Below the pieces are notes generated by a model, which was not told the origin of the DNA, made no database searches, and saw nothing but the letters and a program-made list of their open reading frames with translations. A stretch of DNA of 30,643 nt from an uncultured Gammaproteobacteria bacterium. Its GTDB lineage: Bacteria; Patescibacteriota; Microgenomatia; UBA12405; JAHJSD01. The stretch covers positions 1-30,643 of the forward strand of contig CAZWLF010000001.1 of NCBI GenBank assembly GCA_964634805.1, written 5' to 3'. Shown piece by piece: positions 25,078-30,643 of the stretch. Position numbers and translations under genes: made by a program. Positions within the stretch are counted from its first letter, which is position 1. Each line of letters starts with the position of its first letter.

Positions 25078-26883
25078 ATGAAACGAACACTGATAAAAGA
25101 CACCGTTTCACGTGTTGGTGGAAAAGTGGCAATCTCCGGCTGGGTAAATAGTGTCCGGAGTCATGGCAAATTAGCTTTTGCTGATATCCGGGATAGGTCT
25201 GGAATGATTCAGGTAGTCGGGGGAAAAGAAATTGCCAAACTGAATCCGGAATTTGTAGTCGGAATTGAAGGTTTAGTTAAGAAAAGAGAAGAAAAATATT
25301 TTAACCCGAAGATAATTACCGGAGAAATCGAGCTCGAGGTTGAGAAGTTAGCCATTTTAGCGGAAGCAAAAGACCTTCCTTTTGATATTCACCAACCCAG
25401 TTTGGATGTTTCTTTGCCTATTTTGTTAGACTATCGGGCCGCTTCATTAAGAAACAAGAAAATCGCTGACATTTTCCGGGTTCAGTCCACTATTGTCAAG
25501 GCTTTCAGGAAGCACATGGTGGACAATGGCTTTACCGAATTCCAAGCACCGACAATTGTTGCCACCGCCACTGAAGGCGGCTCGCAGGTTTTCCCGATTG
25601 ATTATTTTGGCTACAAAGCCTATTTAGCCCAAAGCCCTCAGTTTTATAAACAGATCATGGTTTCTGTCTTTGAACGGGTTTTCACTCTGGCCCATGCTTA
25701 TCGGGCAGAGCCGAGTGTTACTACCAGACACATGACTGAATATGTTGGTATGGATGTTGAGATGGGTTTTATCGACAGCTGGTTGGACGTAGTTGAAACC
25801 GCAGATAAATTAGTCAAAGCGATTTTTGCCGAAATAGAAAAAGAACATCCAGATGTTTTAGCAAATTTTGGCACAACTATCCCTAAAACAGTAGAGGAAA
25901 CGCCGAGAGTAAAATTGTCCGAAGCCCAAGAAATAATTTTCAAAAGGACAGGCCGGGATATTAGGGGGGAGCCGGACATGGACCCGGAAGGAGAAAGGGA
26001 AATTTGCCGCTGGGCGGAAGAAGAACACGGCAGTGAGTTAGTTTTCATCAGCCATTATCCAACCAAGAAAAGACCTTGGTATACCTACCAGGATTTGGAA
26101 AACCCGGAAGAAACTTTGAGTTTCGATCTGATCGGCCGAGGAGTGGAGTGGATCACCGGCGGCCAAAGAATCAATGATTTTAATGTTCTTTCCGCTAATA
26201 TTAAAAAAATGGGCGCCAATCCGGAAGATTTTGAAATTCCATATTTACAGGCGTTTCGTTATGGCATGCCCCCCGAGGGCGGTTTTTGCTTAGGGCTGGA
26301 GAGAGTCACTCAAAATATTTTGGGCTTGTCCAATATCAGGGAAGCAACTCTTTACCCCAGGGATTTAGAGCGGGTCGATGCCAGACTTTCGACCATCGGC
26401 CAAAAACCCGGTGAAGAAACCAAAAGCCTTTTCGCCGAATTGGTTGACCTTCTTGCGGATAACAATATTAATTACCAGCTTTGTAATCACAAACCGGTTT
26501 ATACCAGCCAGGAAGCGGCTGAAGCCAGGGGAACCAAATTGGAGCAAGGGGCCAAGGCTCTGATCATGTTTGCTGACAAAAAGCCGGTTTTAATTGTCAT
26601 TTCCGCCGCTTATGAAGTTAATCTTGAAAAGCTGAAAAAATTGCTGAAAGTTAAAAAGCTAAAAATGGCCAGCGCTTCCGAGGTGGAGCAAATATCCGGA
26701 ACTAAAATCGGCGCTGTTCCGCCCTTCGGCAGTTTAATCGGGCTGAAAACATGGGTTGATAAAAGTTTGGCGGAGAATAAACAAATCGCTTTTAACGCCG
26801 GATTGCATACTAAGTCAATTATCATCAGTTATGACGATTGGCTTAAACTGGTCGAGCCGGAAAAAGCGGACTTTTCTTCCTAA
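25078..26883 (+). CDS. aspS: Archaeal-type aspartate-tRNA ligase (probably non-discriminating) fused to a C-terminal YbaK/ProXp domain
   Basis: OB-fold, YLAQSPQFYKQ, AYRAE..RH..EY, GGQRI, GMPP.GG..LGLER and YPRD. The last ~155 aa carry QGAKAL, GAVPPFG and IAFNAG. Confidence 0.93.
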   Translation: MKRTLIKDTVSRVGGKVAISGWVNSVRSHGKLAFADIRDRSGMIQVVGGKEIAKLNPEFVVGIEGLVKKREEKYFNPKIITGEIELEVEKLAILAEAKDLPFDIHQPSLDVSLPILLDYRAASLRNKKIADIFRVQSTIVKAFRKHMVDNGFTEFQAPTIVATATEGGSQVFPIDYFGYKAYLAQSPQFYKQIMVSVFERVFTLAHAYRAEPSVTTRHMTEYVGMDVEMGFIDSWLDVVETADKLVKAIFAEIEKEHPDVLANFGTTIPKTVEETPRVKLSEAQEIIFKRTGRDIRGEPDMDPEGEREICRWAEEEHGSELVFISHYPTKKRPWYTYQDLENPEETLSFDLIGRGVEWITGGQRINDFNVLSANIKKMGANPEDFEIPYLQAFRYGMPPEGGFCLGLERVTQNILGLSNIREATLYPRDLERVDARLSTIGQKPGEETKSLFAELVDLLADNNINYQLCNHKPVYTSQEAAEARGTKLEQGAKALIMFADKKPVLIVISAAYEVNLEKLKKLLKVKKLKMASASEVEQISGTKIGAVPPFGSLIGLKTWVDKSLAENKQIAFNAGLHTKSIIISYDDWLKLVEPEKADFSS

Positions 26884-26905
26884 CCCAAATTAGTTTCTCT
26901 GTTTT

Positions 26906-27787
26906 ATGATTTTTAAAAAAACCGTCTGGCCTTGGGCTTTGCTTTTAATTCTTTTTGGCACGCTTTTATTATTGAAAAGCTTTTTGTTTTGGAGGAAGTA
27001 CAATTTGGTTTTTAAAGAAGAGCCCTTGCCCTTGCTCGAAGAGCCGGTTTCTTTTCCGCAGATTAACGCCAAGTCGGCGATAGTAATTGATGCCGACTCG
27101 GGAACGGTTTTATTCGAAAAAGAGCCTCGTCTTAAGCTTAATCCCGCTTCGATTACCAAAATGGTTACGGCAATAACTGCCCTGGAAACCTATCCGGTTG
27201 ACGAGGTGGTCACTGTTATCAACCCTTATCCTGTCGGTAAAGTTATGGGGTTGGAATCGGGCGAGAAAATCACGGTTAAAAACTTAATTTATGGTCTTCT
27301 GGTTCATTCTGCTAACGATGCCGCTTTTGTCCTGGCCGGTCAGACTGAGGAAAAAATTCAAAAGTTTATCGTCAGAATGAACCAGGTTGCTTCTCAGGAG
27401 AATTTAAACGACACTCATTTTGTTAACTTTGACGGGGAAGAAGACGAAGACCACTATTCTACTGTTTTTGATTTGGCTAATCTAACCAGATGGGCCTTAA
27501 GAAATAATATTTTTAGCGACGCAGTCCGGTTGGATAAGATTACTGTTACTGACACCGCTGGCGCGATTACTCATGATTTGGAGACTACCAATGAGCTTTT
27601 AGGCATGGAAGAGATTAAAGGGGTCAAAACCGGCTGGACTCCTTTGTCCGGTGAGTGTTTTGTCGGTTTGGTAGACTTCAAAGACCGCCGTTTGATTACG
27701 GTAATTTTGGGCAGTGAAGACCGTTTTGGTGAAACTAAAAAGCTGGTTGAATGGGCAAAGGAAAACGTTTTCTGGAAAGAGCTTTAG
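26906..27787 (+). CDS. D-alanyl-D-alanine carboxypeptidase (peptidase S11)
   Basis: PASITK (SxxK), HSAND (SxN), KTG and an N-terminal TM. Confidence 0.93.
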   Translation: MIFKKTVWPWALLLILFGTLLLLKSFLFWRKYNLVFKEEPLPLLEEPVSFPQINAKSAIVIDADSGTVLFEKEPRLKLNPASITKMVTAITALETYPVDEVVTVINPYPVGKVMGLESGEKITVKNLIYGLLVHSANDAAFVLAGQTEEKIQKFIVRMNQVASQENLNDTHFVNFDGEEDEDHYSTVFDLANLTRWALRNNIFSDAVRLDKITVTDTAGAITHDLETTNELLGMEEIKGVKTGWTPLSGECFVGLVDFKDRRLITVILGSEDRFGETKKLVEWAKENVFWKEL

Positions 27788-27791
27788 TTTT

Positions 27792-27822
27792 TATTTATCA
27801 CACACCCGGTGTGTGATAAATA
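27792..27822. repeat. Perfect 15-bp-arm palindrome with CACACCCGGTGTG core
   Basis: TATTTATCACACACC-C-GGTGTGTGATAAATA. Confidence 0.85.
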
Positions 27823-28019
27823 TTCCAAGATAGCGAAAACCTCTGGCGTAAGCTCATCGTGTAGTTTATTGGTTATTTCTCTCTTGCTCCGGCGCCAACC
27901 CCGATAAAGCAATTGGGGGTGCCATGGACATTAGCCTGCGGGGCTCCATTTAACCGCTTGACTATCTGACTACCTATACACTCTGTAATTTTAAGATTTG
28001 AATTTTGACTTTTGGCTTC

Positions 28020-29078
28020 TTATTCCAACCACTCGGAAGAAACTGCGGAAACATAGCCGTAAAAATCATCGTCCCCTTGAAAAACAACCACCGGCTGTAA
28101 AAATTGGTCAGCAAAATAGGGGTCGAAATAGGCGAAATAAACTCTTCTTATCTTAACGCTAACGTCTTTTTGTCCGCCGCCGTAGGAGGCAAGATAGTAA
28201 TTGCCTGCTTTGAGTTCTTCCCAAGCCTGGTCAACCGTTTTGATCGGGTAACGGCCGTATTTTTCCGGATCGCTTTCGAAGTGGAGGTATTTTGCCTCTA
28301 CCACTTGTTCGTTTTGAATTCTAAACCCGGAAATCAATAGCGAAACCAAACTTTTGTCTGCTCTCGGAGAGACTACAGGATATTTGTCATCCACTTTTTT
28401 TCTAAAAACATCTGCTCTGACAAAATCGGCTTCGGAAGCGGCTAAGGCGTTAATTAGCTGGTCGCTGCTTATCTTCCAATAACTGAGCCGGTACTCACCG
28501 TCTTTAAGCTCATCGCTTAACCGTGAAGCCTTGCCCAGAAAATTTCTGGCAATGCTGACTGTGTCCGCCTCTTTGGGAAGCGAAGGCGGGTTGATCAAAG
28601 TTTGGTCTTCTAAATAAGCGTAAGTGTATTCAAAATTTCCGGTTAAGACATCAACTGTCAGTGAAGTTCTTTGTCCTGGGTTTTCAAAAAGGAAAATATC
28701 CTCCTCTATTTTTTGTGGATCCTCTTTAAACCCCAACGCCCTGGCTAATTCGGTTGCCTTTTCCAAAGAAAGAAATTTGCCCCTTTCCTGAGGGACAAAA
28801 TAAACTTTTTCGGTAAAAGGGATATCTTTGGGCAGTTCCCCGTCAGCGGTTTCCAGCTGGAAACTTTTTGGTTTTAGAATTGCTTCTTTTGGGAAGTTTA
28901 TTCTTGGCAGTTTGCCGAAGGCGGTATCCGGCGGCGGCGGCGGGATCGGGTGAATCATTCTCCAGTAAACAGTGAAAAGATTGATACTTATTTTCGAAAC
29001 AAAAAAAAGAACCAAGAGCGTGGCGCTAATTTTAATAATCTTCCGGGTATAGTAGGAAACAACCGTCAGTTGGGACAT
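28020..29078 (-). CDS. Single-TM membrane-anchored hypothetical protein
   Basis: MSQLTVVSYYTRK, a TM, PPPPP linker and a large soluble domain. The ORF opens at 29114; ATG 29078 or 29081 is the more plausible start. Confidence 0.8.
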   Translation of the reverse strand: MSQLTVVSYYTRKIIKISATLLVLFFVSKISINLFTVYWRMIHPIPPPPPDTAFGKLPRINFPKEAILKPKSFQLETADGELPKDIPFTEKVYFVPQERGKFLSLEKATELARALGFKEDPQKIEEDIFLFENPGQRTSLTVDVLTGNFEYTYAYLEDQTLINPPSLPKEADTVSIARNFLGKASRLSDELKDGEYRLSYWKISSDQLINALAASEADFVRADVFRKKVDDKYPVVSPRADKSLVSLLISGFRIQNEQVVEAKYLHFESDPEKYGRYPIKTVDQAWEELKAGNYYLASYGGGQKDVSVKIRRVYFAYFDPYFADQFLQPVVVFQGDDDFYGYVSAVSSEWLE

Positions 29079-29081
29079 CAT

Positions 29082-29114
29082 TTTAGTATACAATTTAGGT
29101 GTGTTAAAATTCAA
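29082..29114. promoter_or_regulatory. Overlapping divergent promoters
   Basis: Minus strand TTGAAT-18-TATACT. Plus strand TGn-TAAAAT at 29102-29110. Confidence 0.55.
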
Positions 29115-29116
29115 AC

Positions 29117-30586
29117 ATGAAATTAACTTCCCGACAGAACCGGAAGAAAGAATCTTTTGATTTTCCCGTTAGAACCAGGTTTGCTCCCAGTCCGACCGGT
29201 TTTGTCCATATCGGCAATATCTACGGGGCGATGCTGGATTACGCTTTTGCCAAAAAAAACCAAGGCAGTTTTATTCTCCGGATAGAAGATACCGACCAGA
29301 AAAGGCAAGTGGACCAGGCAGAAGAAAAAATTTACCAAGGTTTAAACTGGACCGGATTGGTTCCGGACGAAAGTCCGGAGCGCGGCGGTGAATACGGTCC
29401 TTATCGCCAATCGGAAAGACTGGAAATTTACCAAAAATATGCTTGCCGGTTAGTTCATCAAGGTGATGCCTACTATTGTTTCTGTACTCCAAAGAGGCTG
29501 GAAGAGCTAAGAGAGGAACAAAAAAGAAAAAAAAGACTGCCTAAATACGACCGTCTTTGTTGCAAAATTTCCAAAGAAGAGGCGGAGCAGAGGGTAAAAA
29601 GCGGTGAAAAATATGTGATCAGGATGAAGATTCCTGACCATGAAAAAATTGTTGTTGACGACTTGGTCCGCGGCAAAGTTGTTTTTGAGAGTAATTTGAT
29701 TGACGACCAGGTTCTTTTAAAAGCCGACGGATTTCCTACTTATCATCTGGCGGTAGTGGTAGACGACCATTTGATGAAAATTTCCCATGTTGTCCGCGGC
29801 GAAGAATGGCTTTCTTCGGCGCCGAAACACGTTTTGCTTTACCGCTATTTTGGCTGGAAAATGCCGACTATTGTTCATACCGCCAATTTGAGAAATCCGG
29901 ACCGGAGCAAAATGAGCAAGCGCCATGGTCACACTTCTTTGGATTGGTACATTGATCAGGGGTTTTTGCCCGAAGCATTGCTTAATTTTTTGTCTCTTTT
30001 GGGCTGGTCCCACCCGGAAGAAAAGGAATTTTTTCCTTTTAGTGAGTTTGTCAAACTCTTTGACTTAAGAGACGTTTCCCCAATCGGGCCGGTTTTTGAT
30101 TTGGTAAAACTGGAATGGATGAACGGAGTTTATATCAGAAATAAAACCGATACTGAACTGGCTAAGTTTTTGGCGCCATTTTTACCGGGGATGGCTGAAG
30201 GTAAAATTTTAGCGGCAGTGCCTTTAATCAAAGAGAGAATTAAAACTTTAAAAGAAGCTTCCGAGATTCTTGAGTTTGTTGCTCAAAAAGTTGATTACTG
30301 CCCGGATTTGCTATTGGTTAAAGGGTTGACTAAGGAGGTTATCAGACAGATGCTGGAAAAAGCAAGGGCGATTGTGGAGCAAGGGGGGATAGAAACGGAA
30401 AAACTCCAAGAGGAATTTCTGAAGTTAATTAAAGATAATCGCTGGAACACCGGCAGTTTCTTTATGGTTTTCCGAATCGCTATTTGCGGTAAAAAAATCA
30501 CTCCGCCGATTATCGAGTCTTTATCTTTAATCGGCAAAAAAGAAACTCTCTTACGACTGGAATCGGCCCTCTCCAAGTTGGCTTAA
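29117..30586 (+). CDS. gltX: Glutamate-tRNA ligase
   Basis: RFAPSPTGFVHIG, LRIEDTD, CFCT, PTYH, RGEEW and KMSKR. Confidence 0.98.
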   Translation: MKLTSRQNRKKESFDFPVRTRFAPSPTGFVHIGNIYGAMLDYAFAKKNQGSFILRIEDTDQKRQVDQAEEKIYQGLNWTGLVPDESPERGGEYGPYRQSERLEIYQKYACRLVHQGDAYYCFCTPKRLEELREEQKRKKRLPKYDRLCCKISKEEAEQRVKSGEKYVIRMKIPDHEKIVVDDLVRGKVVFESNLIDDQVLLKADGFPTYHLAVVVDDHLMKISHVVRGEEWLSSAPKHVLLYRYFGWKMPTIVHTANLRNPDRSKMSKRHGHTSLDWYIDQGFLPEALLNFLSLLGWSHPEEKEFFPFSEFVKLFDLRDVSPIGPVFDLVKLEWMNGVYIRNKTDTELAKFLAPFLPGMAEGKILAAVPLIKERIKTLKEASEILEFVAQKVDYCPDLLLVKGLTKEVIRQMLEKARAIVEQGGIETEKLQEEFLKLIKDNRWNTGSFFMVFRIAICGKKITPPIIESLSLIGKKETLLRLESALSKLA

Positions 30587-30643
30587 AAAAATCTTCCAAT
30601 GATTCGAATGATTAGAGGATTTAAACCTTCTGGTTTAAGCCAA

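Noticed and set aside
27853-27885. tRNA-like start (TAGTTTATTGGTTA)
   Set aside because: The D-stem cannot close, and there is no anticodon or T arm.
258-30586. Alternative genetic code (UGA recoding), inteins or introns in housekeeping genes
   Set aside because: Core genes are full length under code 11, TGA ends recA and recJ, and no large insertions are seen.

Overview
Bacterial chromosomal window read with genetic code 11 (TGA is the stop of recA and recJ). Gene content and protein style suggest a Patescibacteria/CPR genome, probably Microgenomates (inference). The backbone is housekeeping: tRNA-Pro, recA, rny, HU, an ABC-2 exporter, miaA, an AI-2E transporter, rnpB, comM/yifB, secDF, a CCA-adding enzyme, recJ, aspS, a D,D-carboxypeptidase and gltX. 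The unusual content is mostly intergenic. (1) A T-box riboswitch with the ultrashort Stem I architecture known from actinobacterial ileS, but with an Asp (GAC) specifier and an intrinsic terminator. It controls an archaeal-type AspRS fused to a YeaK/ProXp-like editing domain. (2) A family of CACMCC-N-GGKGTG palindromes bracketing three small accessory gene cassettes in direct repeat (164, 15 and 33 bp), each with a tandem half-site duplication at its right end. (3) A tasA-like/sipW operon with an operator-like palindrome, a structured leader with terminator, and a SipW carrying its own substrate-type motif. (4) A minimal RNase P RNA, a 6S-like RNA candidate and other structured segments. All calls come from reading the sequence by eye; no database search or folding program was run.
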